A program made the position numbers and the translations under genes. The notes beneath the pieces are model-generated. The model saw only the letters and a program-made list of their open reading frames with translations, ran no database searches and had not been told where the DNA came from. This document shows, piece after piece, positions 12,990 to 29,100 of a stretch of 64,000 bases of DNA; position 1 is the first letter of the stretch, and the number at the start of each line of letters is the position of its first letter. The stretch spans positions 28,252,299 through 28,316,298 of the forward strand of contig NC_134025.1 in assembly GCF_964204645.1 (NCBI RefSeq). Direction: 5' to 3'. The DNA is from Tubulanus polymorphus. Taxonomy: Eukaryota; Animalia; Nemertea.

Positions 12990-15900
12990 GTAAGTCATTT
13001 GCTCATTATCCCATGATGAATGTTGTATGTGTGGCTACTAGCCAGCAGGGGTGGCTATATTACCCTTCAGTCTGAGCATTATTACATCAATTCATTAATC
13101 AATCAAATCTTATTCATCACTTATCAATCGCTTGACAATTTGCTGTGAGGAAAAAAGCGAATCTGTCTTTGAAAATCCGTTGAATATATTATCAATCATC
13201 ATTTGGCACCGACTGTCCCCGGGTGCGGCAATGCCTAATTTGTTTTGAGGATGCTAAGTCAAAAATCAAATACAAATTGCTCGCTGAAAATTCTGCTCTT
13301 TCTGATAATGATGGTAATGATATTCTAGCTTCGGTGCTGTATTTTGTAGGGCATCAATGAGCCGTAAGTAATGATCACATGTCTTCACCGTGCACCAAAT
13401 GTGATATGCTTCTACGAAGTACAGAGGACGGGATGGCATTTTCAGATTTTGTTGAAAAACTATATAGGTTTAGCTACTAGGCACGTTTATCACTAGATGT
13501 ATGGGCGTGGTTATCGAATTACCTGTTTTTTGTTTACATAACCTAGTCCATCATAACCGACCGATCAAAGAATAAAATAACCGAAGCAAGAATACCGGTA
13601 ATATATGGTCGATAAAACCATCAGATTAATTTGCACTAACGATAAAACCTCGATTATCAAATTCCTCGCTGTCGCTCCATCAGTTGCCGCCGCTTTTATT
13701 TTTCTCTTGGGTTAAATCAACCCAAACCGTCGTAAACTTTCTACTGAATGGCTAGAGAAAGACCTACAGATTTATTATGATTGAAAAGCTTAACGACGAT
13801 CCCCTATTCTACTGAAAGCACAAAGGTCACATTTGGTGCCTGCGCATCAAATGGTGTCATAAAATCATTATGTTGTAAAGGTTCGATAAATTGAGTTTTT
13901 TAGAAGTTTTTCCAAACACAAATCATTCTATAAATGCAGGATATATTATTATACGTCTTTTCGTTAGTTTTAGTTTTCGGTAATTTCTAAACGAGTTATT
14001 GGTAACGCGCAATATAAAGTTGTTTACTCGTTCGAAGCGCGATCTAACAGCAGGGCAGCATGGGTAGAGTTTTAATTAATTATGTCCCGTAAATGAAGGT
14101 AATCAATATACATTATGGTTCGGAATACGATCGATCATACAGCCATTTTTAAGATGCTGGAAAGTGAGTTTTTCGTAATGAATAGATGAAAGTTGTGTAT
14201 AGCAAAGTTTCTAATCTGAAGAGTGGCAATTTTAGTTAAAACAATTACATGAAGTGCGTATCTGAATGAAACCAGAAGTCTTTTTAGCTACTTTTTATTC
14301 AAGAAGATAGGTTTTTCTGGTCAACTAACATCACATCATGTTCGAATCGTGCCGGTTCAACTTGTGCAGAAGGCCAAAGGTTTCCACGCATTCATTCATA
14401 AAAAAACATCCTCATTGCCATACTTTGAAGGAAATGGAAGATCTTATTTGAAATTTTTGATTCGCCAATATCCCTTTAGCCCCCGAACGTAACTAGACAC
14501 CGTTGGCCTACATCTAAAACATCCAGTTTCATGCATTATTTATCACGTCTTCAGTAGAAATCCCTTCGGAATCGCCGAGTTCTATCTATTTCATCGTATC
14601 CGACAGAGTTTCGGATGTTGACTCACTTTCAGTTCATGGATGAAACTACGATGATTGCAGCTACAGAAATAAACACCTCCGATATGCACCCAGTTCTCTT
14701 TAGGAAAGACGAGAACCGAGTCCAATGTTAACGCTTAAACGTTTATCTTCACAAAACTTTACGATACTTTATTATTTATAGCGGCATTTTCTCAAGATTG
14801 CCAAATGGCTATTCAACAGAATGATTACATTCTAAACAGCCTGTCAACATTTTATAAAACACCGATGCCGTTGGCAATGTAAAAATGTGAAGATGATCTC
14901 AGGAATGTTTGAGACGGGTTTGCCCGGGTACGATGCAATCTGTTTCTCGCCGTCACTTCGAGTAAGACGGCACTCTAAACTGTGGATAATCGACAACTGT
15001 CAATAAAAATCAAATTGTTGTTTAGTTTGCGAGAAACCGTCAATTATTGCTCGTCAAGTTAAACAATTTTGTTGCGTGGTGAAAATCATCGAATTGGACG
15101 TCAATCAACGCGATGTGTTTACATCGGTTGTCGTTAGTTGAAAATTACATCTCTAAGAATATCGACACAGTTTCTCCGCTCGGTCATTTACCGGTAAAAC
15201 AATCGCATCAACATCGGTTTACGCAGTTACACTCTCATTGCTCATTCACAAACGTCACAGTGTATAGCTGAACAAAATACGATCCTCTCAGTGACTTTTT
15301 GCGTTGACAATATCTTCCCGATAAAAACCAACATTCCGAATTTCTTTTTTCGCGTAATCTGATTGTTTTGGGGGATTTGGGAAACATTATTGACGTGGTC
15401 ACCTATTTATCAGTAGAAAGTAATTTTCTGTAGTGATAAGACCGTAAGACCGTACAAGGCCACGTGTGTCAACTGTGCTTTCAATTGAAGCCGTTCCTCT
15501 TGATAGTTGATGCATGACGGGGGGCCCTCCCTAAGGAGATTAACACGATATTCCGAACGAAGACACATCGCAATCATCTAGAGCGTTATTCAACGATTAA
15601 TATCCTACTGATAATTGAAGTAAATTGAGACGGCTAATCAACTCATAAGTGTTGCTGACAATTTGGATTAAATTATATTTTACTGTAGTTTCGAATACTT
15701 GATTTCAAGTGACAGGAAATATCTTTACGAAACTCACCGTTCTCTATTTCTATTGTGGCAGGAATAATCTATAACTCATATACACAGTTAAATGATTCCA
15801 GCTTGGAAAAACTAAGACAAAATATTGTGATGATAAACAAACTTTCGTCCGATCAGGCTTAATCTAAGTTTTATATAAGTGACACTATTGGAGCTTGGCT

Positions 15901-18579
15901 CTCATTGTAAATGCTTCAAGTAACATATGACACCTACATCGATGACATATCGTTTAAAAGGAGTTTTCACGACTACCATCAACGTATCCATGTGCTATTG
16001 CTGATTGCCAGACCGACCCTTAGTTAATTCCTGTTTGGTATACGAAAGACTCACTTCCGACGTCGCCACAAGTTCGTTTATACTAATGATAAGGTGGAGC
16101 TAGGGCAATTACTTACTGTCTGACATCGCATAGATTGATTGAATTATTCCGGCTTGTGCTTGTCGATATAAGACGACAAACTAGATAGAAAAGAACATAG
16201 TGAATGAATGTGGTACGTTGACCAATGATAAAAAACCCGCACGTCAACCAAGTCAATCTTTAATTTGCGCAGGATCCAAGATCTCCACGTGTGACATAAA
16301 CTGATCAGAATCCTACATTCATTTAGGATGGACTGGTTTTTTCATGCCGATGACCAGCGATTGTTTCTACTTCCAACCTAGGCTATCAATGAGAATATTT
16401 TGCCGCTGAGGCGCAATATGATTTTGAATGTGAACCTATCGTTTCTAGGTAGTTATTTCAACCACACACGTGGTGCTAAGCGTCGCTTCATACGTTTTCA
16501 TTCAGCTAATGTAAAGTAATTATAAAAACATTATGCATGTATACATTGAGTGTGTAATCATATTGAGGAGTTAGCCTTAACATGGAGTAAGTTCGCCAGG
16601 GACGTGGACACCCTAATACGTGATATGAGTAAACAGCCTATTGCCGTTTTTTACAATTCAGTTATTTGGATGTATAGCTTTTACTGGCACTATACACGCC
16701 GTTGCATCTCCCGAGAGATAAAGCTTGAAATCGTGTTTTCGACGTATGTCAATGTCTCTCGGGTGTTTTTTCTCAAAGTGCAGAATTTTGGTGACAACCG
16801 TGTCACGATAATCAATGGATGTTTATGATTAGATTTGCCGACTGGAAACCGAATGAAAACGGAGCCAGTCGACTTCGAATTCCACAGGGGACAACATAAT
16901 GAAACTTGGCCCGTGTACCTGGCATATCAGCCGATATGAAATATCGAGAATATTAAATTTGAGAGGACTGTTGTTTGTACATAGCCTTTGAGACGTCTGT
17001 GATCAACAATGATAGTTTGTATAGCGACAACTGAATAAACCGATTTAAAAAGACTATCCGAAGAAATTAATTTTGAAGCAACCCTTTGAGCCAGTTAAGT
17101 TATGCTATATAAGCCGTGATGTAATCATTGATGCCGTTTAGCGTAAAGAAGGGAAAATAAAAAGTAATTTTCAACAGAATGTAAAAGCCAATCCATGTTC
17201 GATAAAGGACAAATCCGCGTAATCGTCTCGGCGACTGTGGCATGAAAGTCCGTCAAATTATAGATTCCTTTGAATAATGTGCGCTCATTGAAAGATCGAC
17301 GAGTAAAAAATCATTTTAATCTATTCAAACCGAGAGCCGATAGCTCTTATCACATGGAAGAAATGACACAAACGTTATCAAGAATTAAACTATCTGAAAT
17401 AGTGCTGAATTTCCCCTATTCATCAACCATAGGTCTTCATTATCGTAGATACGGGTGGAAAACGACCGACTATTTGTCATATTACACTGGCTTTAGAGAC
17501 TGCTAGTTTCAACGAGAAGGAATTTTTAGTCAGAATATCTAGCGATAGATAACAATTTGATTTGTTTAAGGGAAAGTAATCCGTGTGGTCATAAATATCA
17601 TTCTCGGATGTTTCCGGGTGGCTTCGGCAGAGCTCGGGATTATAAACATCATATATGAAGATTAATTTGTTGAATGGTTTTGAGTTCGCCCACACATTCG
17701 AGAATGTGCTAAAAATACTGCGCGCTGTAACACGTTTATCGTGTATTTATAGAGCAATCGTTAACGGTATAAGAAAAAATGATTTGTCAAATTTGTAATG
17801 TTAGAGAAGTGAAGCGTCTTGAAGTAGTTAGTCTGTACTTTCTGGGCGTCTAATGCACAGTTTTATACTGAGTCCACCGAATTCCTAGAAGAGATCAACG
17901 TAAACTTCCATTCCCATTGCTAAATAAGGTACTAAACTATAAACGCGCGTATGAGCACCCTATGCGGGGAGGGATGACACCAAATAAGGCAGTTCCGGCC
18001 ACACAACAATTACCTAGAGGAAGTCAGCTTTTAAGCTTTGAAGGTTACGTGCAAGCTCCCTGCAAACAAAAGCATCTACATTGCGCCAGAGTAGATCTAA
18101 CATGAAAAAAGATCACCTAATGATTTTCTAGTGAACCGATAAGTATCAGCAATCGTGGATTAGCAGAAGAATCGGAAAGAATTTCGATGACCTTGAATTC
18201 TCAGTGATGTAGTAAAACGTGTTAATTCTCTGATATCCGCGAGGTATCATCAATCACTAAACATTGATCTATCGGGTCCGCGAACGACATGTTCATCGAT
18301 AAATCTATTTCAGACGAATGGCCCTAACTCGGGTGTCTCAAATATTGCTCGAAACAAAAGCATCAGAGCTCCGAAGATACTGAAGTAGAATTTAAAGGTC
18401 AATACTAATTATTGCATTGAGAATCGAAAATAAAGCGATTCTAAAATGCGTTTGCCGTAAAATCGGGATAGGTCAAAACGGATTCGTCCCAGTGCGAGAG
18501 TACTTTCCAAAAACGGATTTCTCGTTTTATAAATTCATTTATTTCAAATCTGATAGCTATGTTATTTATTCGATTTCAG

Positions 18580-20083
18580 ATTCGATGACACTCGAAAAAA
18601 CAGCGAACTGGACTTGTCCTTCAGGCGAAACACAATGCGGCAATACGACTGAGTGTATTGCGAAAGATAGAATATGCGATGGGTTACCAGATTGCGCGAA
18701 CGAATATGACGAATATTGTGAAACGTGCAGTGAGTAGAAATTCGACGTATCTTTATGAGAATCTCTCTTGTAACTTGTTTTCACATTTCACGATAAAAGC
18801 GAGGGATAAAGTAACATTGTCAATCGAATGTAAGACGAGTCAAATCGAGTTCAAATAACAAATGCATTTGGCCGTGTTTCACACTGCATAAACCGCCTAG
18901 ATTATTTAGGAAGCAAAAGATTTATAGGTTTTTTAATGTTCTGCACAAAAGAAATAACTTACATCATTTCAATATTCAGTTCTTACTGAACTGATAGTAA
19001 ATCTATCCATTATAGTAACAAAGTGCATTAGGTCCATCAACCACAGGAAATCTACTACACTCCGTCTTTATACTATCATAACTGTTAAGGACTACATAAA
19101 ATGGATGGCAATTTGCTTTCGAGAAAAAAAGTTACTTGGGCCATAAAAAGCAAAATCAATTTTCTGAAAGTTGACGTTCTTTTCTGAGATACTTTTGAAA
19201 TAATCAGTGAAGATACTATCCATTAAAAAAGTTCGTCAATTGAATCATCTCAATAGGTTATATTAATCATTAATGAAGGTTTATTTTTCGTCTGGAATGA
19301 AATGACATGGTATGATTCGCTCGGATCACTATTCGTGTACTGATGAGACTATTGTACGTCTAATCAGCTCGATTTTTAGACGCGTATGAGACGAAGTAAT
19401 TTAGTTTGCTAAGTCGTAAAAAATTTCGAATTCAATGCTCGGATATGACGTCAACAGCAGAATCTCGGTGAATAGTTACTGCTGTAAGTTGATGAAAGAC
19501 ACGAAAAGGCATATACATCTCGCCAATAGTCGATATCAATCCCGACGTATTTTGTATTATTTCATCTTCATTCAGTCACAGCTCTGCAATGATCGTTTTT
19601 CTAAAAAAAAACGAAAGCTTCACGGATCACGAACGAAATTGAATGTTTGTATTTAATTACGAAATGCTGAAAAGCAGAAATGATGCCGCAATGCGAGCTT
19701 CTTGTATTAGATAACATCTCTCAATAGCTTCTCGTCCTACGTCATAGGTGGCTTTTGGTTTGAATGGATAGATGAATAGATGGATAGATGCATAGATGGA
19801 TGGATAGATGGATAGATGGATAGATGGATGGATAAATGCATAGATGCATAGATGGATTGATGGATAGATAGATGGATGGATAGATGGATAGATGAATAGA
19901 TGAATAGATGGATAGATGGATAGATGCATAGATGCATAGATGGATAGATGCATAGATGGATGGATAGATGCATAGATGGACGGATGGATAGATAGATGGA
20001 TGGATAGATGGATAGATGGATAGATGGATAGATGGATAGATGAATAGATGAATAGATGGATAGATGGATAGATGGATAGATAT

Positions 20084-20119
<36 letters not shown>

Positions 20120-23100
20120 TCTGTTCTAGACAAATGCACGAGATTCGCTGTAACTCAATCTTAAATGTATTTTTTCAATGTGCTGTAACGGAGCTTTAAT
20201 AAAAACAGTTCAGTTGGTTCCTCGTCTGGGAAATGTTGCTTTAATCCTATTTGGTATTCGACGCACTGTCTCAGTCGAGCAACGTCCACAAATAAACTAA
20301 ACGCTACTCGAACAGACTACGGGGACATCCGCGCTTGTTTTTACTTCACACAGTGGTCGGATATCTAAGGTTGTGCAAACCACGATAAACGGTTCTAAAA
20401 TGAATATATCCGACGATTAAAAAAAAACAGAGAACCATGGAATCTTTTATTTTTCTAGTTGTAAAGACTTTGTACGATAATTCTATACTAATCTACCGTT
20501 TTGAAGACGGCGTTACATTTCGTCTGGGGCTATATTTAACAGATAATCATTTCTCTACACATTTAGCTTTAATCATGTCTGAATTGCCTCCGGGTGTGTG
20601 AAAGAAATAGAATACAGAAACCTCTGAATCGATTTCATAAAGATATAATGTTCACTTACATTTGATTCTGATGTTTAAAGACCCTTTATCGGTCGAAATC
20701 ATCATATAGTATATTTTCAACTTCGTTTTGCTATATAGGTTGTCTTTTGTTATTTCTCATAAGTTTAATGGTGTAACCAATCAAAACCAGCAACAAATAG
20801 CAAATCTGTTGATTCGTCATGTGCACACGTACACCTGCGTACAAATTGACTTTTTCGAAATACACGGTATAAGATCAGATGTTATTTCAGAATCGAAATA
20901 AATGGGTGGGAAGTTCATGCAGATGGATGTCAACTTCATATCCTCCATTAATCAAACCCTGAACTTTTCAGTAACATTTTTATTGGCGGATCCTTTTTTG
21001 AAGTTTCACAAAGTTTATCTGAATTATTGAGATAAACTTTTCAGTAAGTGAAATTATTAATTTCAGAGTTTGTGTACAAAGGAATCGGCTGTCCTAAAGA
21101 TTTCCTTCCGTCATATTTATCCAATAATATATCATTATCGGAAATCCTGAGAAATCATGACGAAAATTCGACTGAAGAATTTGCCTGCTGTAAGTACATA
21201 TATATATATACACACAAGCTGCCCTATGAATTTTAAATATATTTTTTTGTCAATGACCGTGATCGAGATATCGTCAATAAATTTACATGGAATAAAAAAT
21301 TGAATTTCCAAAAGAAACTTTCCCAACGTGGTTCATTCTTGCATTCTTACATTCCTACTCTATGGATAAAAGGTAGTATTCTATTTTTAAGAATAGGGGC
21401 AGCTGATCAGCTCTTATGCCCTCGCGTAAGTCCGAAATCATATCCAGAATCCATTAATAGTTCTTCCGAGAAATTGTAGCCTCTTTTCGATAAATGCGTG
21501 ATGGCGAATCATTCAACGCAAATAGACAAACATTCCAAGATATTCGACGACAAGAAAGTTTCTACTAGTGTAGCGTATTGGATGACACGTTGAATGTATC
21601 CCCGAGGGGCTCTAACTGGATATTCTTTTGGGAAAAAACAAATTGGGAATAATGTTTGCTAATTTTACCGAGTTAAAATATAAAACGGCTGCAATAAATT
21701 CACGGCATCGTTTTCAATTAGAATAAGGATGCGATGAATGTCGTTTTCAATTTGTTTAATTCATGCTGCGTGATGTACAACCACTCTTAGACACCGACGC
21801 GCATTTGTTTCTACTGTTTTGCCGATGATTTCTACATCACTACACTGTGATAATGAGTTACACACACTTCCTTACCGACAACAGCTCTCAAACCCGCGCA
21901 ACTAATATTTCTGTACTTGAACCTTATCGTTGTGTTTATTTCTTGGGAAATTTGAAAAAAAAATAGCTTACGAAGAATATCCGAAGATTTGCAGATGTAC
22001 CAGGCGAAAACTCGATTGTTCGAAACTACTTTTGACGTCACTTCCGGAACGCATACCGCCAAATATAACTGGCCTGTGAGTATGAATGAAATAACAAACA
22101 TTTCTAAGACACCTGAAAACGATAAAACTTTTAAAAGGATCGATATTTTCTTTAGTCGATCAAATAGCTTCATGGTGTCCCTGAAAAATTGTAATCATGT
22201 AATCGTAGATAGAACATACGGATCTGAATGAAGCAAACAAACCATACAATGTTAGTGCTCATTTTATTAACTGACAAAATGGCCATTTGCAGACAAATGA
22301 TGCAGTCACAACTGTAACCATATTGCTTCAAACGGCTCTCAATGGTTCAATTATTCCGAGCTAAACTAGAATTTACCGTATTCCCTCGCATTAAAACATT
22401 CATTGCGTATTCTGGGGAGAAGGTGGTCGGAAATTTCGTGGCGCTCGTAAAAGCTAATCTTAGTTTTGATATCCCTGAACAATTATAGCTCTTGATTTCC
22501 ACGGTGCCTACTTAACGCTATATATAGATATCGGTCGAATCGGGCGACCAATGTAATCGTCGTTTCGTCTGGCGAGAGCTCATCGGAAGTTTTTAATAAC
22601 GATAATTGACCAACAAATTCTCCTTAAGCTTCGAGTGTTCTACTTCGTTAACTAGCAATGTATTTTCAAGATATTTTTTTTGTTTGTTTTCCTGTATTTC
22701 ACGGTGTAGTGTTTTGAAAGAAAATCGTCTTTCGGTCCTGGGTGATTGCTCCTTCTGCGGATACAATCAACTAACTCTTCTGTAAGTCACCATAGCAAAA
22801 TGTGTTTTGATGTTTATGACTTGAAAAAATAACGAAACTATTAGTATTTCATTCTGTGCCGTTCTTTTTCACAGACATCTTGGTAGAAATGGTATAACGG
22901 ACGTCCATCAAGGAATGTTCGACGGTTTATATCAGTTACAGAAATTGTAAGTAAATTTATGAGTTCGTCTGAATTTATCGGTTCATTAATTTCGCAAGGT
23001 GACAAATTTCTGCTGTATTTTCGACCGTCGCCGAAATGGATGCGTTTTTAATTATTTGATCAATTACAGAACTCAGAGATATCGATATTAAGGTAACTTC

Positions 23101-26100
23101 GCAAAGGTAAAGAGGTGATAAACGAGATATGTAGATATTCTTCGGCTAAATTGAAATGGTTTTAAAAATTTTGATTCTTTAATTCCGATGAAATCGTGGT
23201 TATTTCATCGAAAATCATCGAATGTTCTTAACCGTCTGAAAATCCTATCGGTTGATAACGCCGATTCCATCATGATAATTGGATCGCTGTTGCGAGACGC
23301 ACACCCGGATTATCGTCCGGTCAAATTTCTGAGAATAACAATCTACTATCATATTGTCAAATACAGTCAAGCAAACATATTGCCAACTGTGCCGTTAATC
23401 TTATAAGACAAATTCTTCTCGTATTCTTATGATTGTGATGACATGCGAATACCGGCACTTTTGTTAAAAGAATTCCCATATCACTCGACCTCTTATTCAA
23501 TATGTCAATAAGTTATTGATGTTTCTTTATATCGAGACAGAGCTCAATAACGGGCTAAATACGATAAAAACAACTTCCTGAAAGGTCAGATTTACAGCGC
23601 AAATCGCGCTCGATCTCGCGAGAGATATCATTTCGTTTAATTCAATTTAATCACCATGCAAGACTCGTCCCAATACTCGAGGGATTGGTTTTATCGGTCT
23701 CGGGATTCGACTTTTCAGATCAAAACAGATAGTTACTGCTTTTCGTTGAAATCTGGTCCCGAGAAGATTTTTGTTCGTTTTGTCAGCAGCTTACACCTTA
23801 TGAATTAGATTCGAAGAATGTCAAAGATCGTCAGTCGTTTATTGTAGATATTTGGATGAAAATCGGATAAGTTTATTGGGAAGAAATTTCATCGATCTAC
23901 ACAGTCTCCAGTGGTTGTAAGTATTTCTGTCGCAGACAGCAGTATTTTTCCTCTGTTCCTCGAGATTGTCTGCGCTTATCAGATATCAGATATCTGAAAT
24001 CATCGAGACCAATTTTCCGTCGAGCGTTTTTTACGAGGTAGTGCCGCTCATGACCATAGGAACTGACGTCAACAAATGTCAAATTTTTTCTCCAATTTCC
24101 CGATAGTGAAATATCTTCCCATAGAATTGTAAGAAAACGGATAAGATAGAGTTAAGAAAATATCTAAAAGGCTTTCGATTTTTTCTCAATGTTTCAAAGT
24201 GCACAGCCTAACATTAAAAATATCAGAAGTTTTAGCTGAAAAATCTCTTTCAAAGAGAATGATACAATCGTGCCTCGATTGAATACCACGTGCAGGCAGT
24301 ATTTCTGGCTAGTATTACTCGCGAGACGTGACTGACTAGCGGGGATTTAACCAATGAGCAATTCTGTAAGAGATAATGAAAAACCAGTGATAGTAAATCC
24401 CCAAAAAGACCACCATCGGTTGCTTGAGATTGTTTCCATTCATTGGCTGTTCCATTTTGATGTTGGCGTTCACCATTTTTCTTATCAGAAAAAAATCGAT
24501 AGCTAATCTTCAATAACTAGTAGTTTCAGTGGAAGATATATAACCAGACCCTATTATTCTTGTTCGACGAGTTAATTTCATTGTCAAAATTGCTTCTTTA
24601 TAATTTTCTAGGTTCCTTAGCAACAATACCATCTCACATATTGATAGTGAGGCGTTCTACGGTTTGAAACATCTCAAATGGTTGTAAGTAAATCACTGTC
24701 ACTTTTCATTATTGATTATGACCGTAATTAATCTAACAGTGACACCTTGGTTATATGAAAAACCACTGGCTTGAGACGCATTTGTGAAATATAACATTGA
24801 CGTGTGCATCAACATTAAATTCTACAGGGGAAAATTACGTGTTTTTATCATCTATTCCAAAAAACGAAATCGATTATGCAAATTATTTGGAACAAAAGTT
24901 TAAGTTTTCTTTTCTGCGTTTATGTAAACGTAACCGAATAAGCCTCTAGATTCGTTTCGTTCAGGTAGTAATCATCAAAAGGGTTTTACGTTTCGCTTGT
25001 AGAGATTCTGGATTTAGTGACGCTAGGAACTGTCAACATTGACAGATCAGTACTGTTTCGATTGTTCAAATACTGCTAATTCTCTGATCGAATTTGGATA
25101 TCCGAACTCCCAAAACGATTGAAGCCCTATTCCTAGCGTCAACATCGCGTATTTATAGTTCTTTCGTCAGTTCGATGAAAATGAAATCTTCCTGCAGCAA
25201 ATGTGTTGAATTCGTGTAAATAGCCATTAAGCTGCATGTATCGCGACACGTCGTGTCCAACTTAATGCGTTCTTTAAAAATTCCAGAACGTTACATCACA
25301 ACTTAATAACAGAACTTCCTGAAGACGTTTTCTGGCATTTGAAAAATCTTTTGCATTTGTAAGTACCTTACTGTACACCTATCCGGGTGAATTACTATTT
25401 TCTAAGTCGGAAATAACGCTGAAAGGGTTTTTTTTCCCAAAACAAATGCTATAAATTGATTTGCCGTAATCTATAGGCAATACCCCTTTCAAACTGATTG
25501 AATCAGAGATAATTTTGACGAGGATTTTAGTGGTGAATATGATGAGATACGGTGAGCAGTTGAATGAATAACTTCGGCATCGGTTCAATTTGATTTACGC
25601 TTCATTCGTCTAGACAGACGACGAAATCAGAAACTAATAAAGTCCGCTATTCTGAATTTCAATTCTAAAATTCTATACCCCATATTGATTTGACAATCTT
25701 ATAACGTAGATGGGTTTCGCGTGCATTCGTGGATGGAATGTTTTTATTAACCTTTAGTATGTTCTTATTTCCAGAAAAATCTCATTCAACAAAATCCGTG
25801 CGTTGCCTCATAGGATTTTCCATCATAATAAAAATCTACAATCGTTGTAAGTTTTTTTTCTAATACCGCGATGTTATTCGAAATAACCATCGATATTTTG
25901 TCTTTGATGTTATCCGTTGAAAATGTACCGTTAATTAAATCTTCAATGGAGCCAGCCACCCAGCCACCGATGGTGACGTCGGTACATGAACCATCGAGCT
26001 TTCGTGATTTATTTCGTTCTGTGTGGAATTTCGTAAATCTACCGATATAGTATCAATTTATCAAAGCATTCTCCACACATGTCTAAAGCATCACTCCTCC

Positions 26101-29100
26101 CGAGCTCAGATCCGGCGCCCATTCGTTCGAGAACCACGAAACCCAGCGAGACCAAGTCGCTACACTGAATCGCTACAGATCTCTCGGTGACAACATCTAT
26201 TAACCTCGTGTCGGGATCGAATACGTGAGATTCAAATGTCACAGACCTATTCTGATATGACGCACTCGACTCCACGAAAAAGAATTGATAATATTAAGTA
26301 TGTTTTCAAATAATTCCGTATGAAGACCGAGTTTTTAGTGCATTCGATCATCAAAATTCCGATGACATGGGAACCGCCACCATTTTTCAGTACAACCCGA
26401 GTGGAACTTGACTACCAAATACACAATGGCAGGGTTAATCAAATAGAATATGTTGTTGATTTATTGGGTTGTATGGGAAAAGAAAATTGATTATATAGAT
26501 TGGCAGATAGGCTATGTGGTCCCTGGTGGTTATAACACGACAATTATGACAGTGATTGATATTGACTTGAATATTATGAATTATATACATGTCCCGATAT
26601 AATTTTATATTGTCTCAAACTAAACGTCATTGTACATTAACCTTACAACCTTTATATAAGCATCCATTATCTCCATGCCGTGTAGTAGTAAAAAGTGATC
26701 CTCTGTGGGTTCGGATGATTGTGTCTGTTAGCTGAAACCAGGTGTCACTGGGAATAGTGGTGTTCGTGCGCGATTACTCATACATCGTTTTAAGTTGCAG
26801 AATCCACGGTATTCACCGGGGAAAGAAAATTGTCTTCTATTCTAACAGACGCAAAGATCCAAAACCGACAGTAGAAAACTATAATAACACTTTCTAAACG
26901 TGGTTCGTAGTAACTAGCTGTAGTGGTTTCGGCCGTGATAGCACGATTTCACGATCGTCTTTCTATTAACAGATTATCTAAAAACGTTTCCTACCAGTGG
27001 CTTAACATAATTCTGTTAACAGTTTCTTTTGTCCGTCTCGTTCTGCTTCGTCTCCTTCCCGATGATGGCCTTGTGCAAAAAAAACTGCAACGTATCGGGA
27101 AATGAATCCGATAGATCCAGCTCTTCGAATCACATCGTTAAATATTGTCTATTCATGGTTGGAACATTTTTGGACGTCAGTTAGTCAGTTAGTTTGTCTT
27201 AACAAAGTCTATGTTTTCTTCTATTGGTTGTGGTTAGGTCTATTCTATTTGATGAGCAAATACAGATAATGTATTTAATCAAAGAATGGTAGACTTCATT
27301 TCCCATATGTACTGTGAATATTGATCAATGTGTATTTTTGGTAAAATGTCTAACGAAAGTTAATGTTTGGACAATTGGAAGTTGTGAGATGGATTTCTCT
27401 AGGATATTGAATGATTTAATCAAATTTGAGTCTGGGTTAAATGACATTATCATGATGATTGTTGAATTTAATCGTGGAACTTAGTTCGGTATTCAATGAA
27501 CGATTTGGAAATAAAACAGCTCGGTGTTCTGACAAAGATCCAAAAACTACATTCTGTGGGGGGAAATGAAATGCTTTATCGAAATGTAATTTATACATTT
27601 CAGAGATCTGGGAAATAATGAAATCAAGACGATATCCGAAGATCTGTTCCAGTTTAACACTAAACTGGCCACGCTGTAAGTTACGTACGGCGTGAAGAGA
27701 ATGGTTTGAGGCGTACGTCTCAACGATATGTTGGAAGAATTATGAATTGATAGATAATGAAAAGAGCATATAGATTACGCTGTCTTTTATAACGAGATAT
27801 ATCGTCGTCAATAATGGCTGTAATGGCCATAATTTAGACTACAAAATACTTGTCGCTGCAATGTTACCGTAGGATTGTGTCCGGTAGTTACCAGTAACAG
27901 TGAAAACTAAGTTGACAGTTATGTTCGCGAAAATTGATACAACGTTGATATATTCGGTTCCGTGTTGTCAGCGACCAAAATTGATAATATCTCAAACGGA
28001 TAAATAGAAGCGTGTATAGATTCGCTATTCAGATGTCATTCACGCAGATCATGTTATAACACATGACACCATTAGCGAAATATAATTCTTCACTCAAGAA
28101 AAACCCATAGTTATCCATCAAATGCTAAGTTTAGTGTTCAAATGATATACAACATTCGGTGTAGAATCTAATTCTGAAAAATATCTTTTTTTGGATTTGC
28201 AAACGCGCTATTTGACTGAAGAAATCATTTTTCCTTAATCGTCTCTTATCATTTATACGTGAATTTGTGCCAAAAGATGATCATGCTATATATGGCTCCT
28301 CGATGGATGAAATTTCAGAGTCATCGTACATCCTTTCATTTTTTAGGGAAATGAGACATATATACTTGGATAATATAAGCACTAGTATATTTGCGCATAT
28401 GACGGCATTAGAATTAGCGTAAGTATGAATTTTCGAAATGTGTTAACTCCGTGAAACTAAGAGAGAACTAATTCATTGACAGCAGAATACAAAAGTACGG
28501 AGTACTCTGTCACTATTCTGTGCCGCGGAGTCGTTTGTTTGACGAACAACAGAGTGCTACATCCGCAGACGAACAAGTGAAAAAACACTTCGGAAAGCAG
28601 TCGATAATTGTAAAATGAACCACAACGATTAATCAGTCGCATGTCGACTTAAATTGTGATCGATTTTACAAACAAAAAGTCGTTTATCACGAGAAACTTT
28701 TCCAACTAGTAATATAAGACTGTCATTAATTTTGGTCACTTATTTGATCTGACGTGTCGACACTTGCTTTAAGTGCCCTTGTATTACAGCCATCCCCAAG
28801 TGAAACAACAGTTAAGTAGTTTGCGCCTCATGTTCTTGTCTTATTGTATATTGGTCCATTGTTTGTTCGCTACCAGTACCTAATTGTTTTACATCGGATT
28901 CTAAACCTATTTGACGAAGTCTTTCATCTTTGGAATATCAAGGTCACTTTCTAAGAACTTAACCTATAATGTTTCCTTCCTAGTTATAACATTTAGACGA
29001 TTCTTTAATAAATTGTCTACCCAATGGTAGAATCTTGAAGTGTCTGCAATAAATAGTCTTTGAATGTTGTATTGATAAAGATTGTTACCGAAAATGCGCA

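Noticed and set aside
14115-14163. ATG-containing phase-1 exon candidate (MVRNTIDHTAIFKMLE) for the RXFP-like gene
   Set aside because: No signal peptide and no other support beyond a donor site.
19657-20139. 160-aa and 78-aa ORFs of SIYLSIHP repeats
   Set aside because: Translation of the microsatellite.
27055-27102. Penelope-type hammerhead-like motif CCCGATGATGGCC..GCAACGTATCGGGAA
   Set aside because: Core positions are mutated and stem II is missing.
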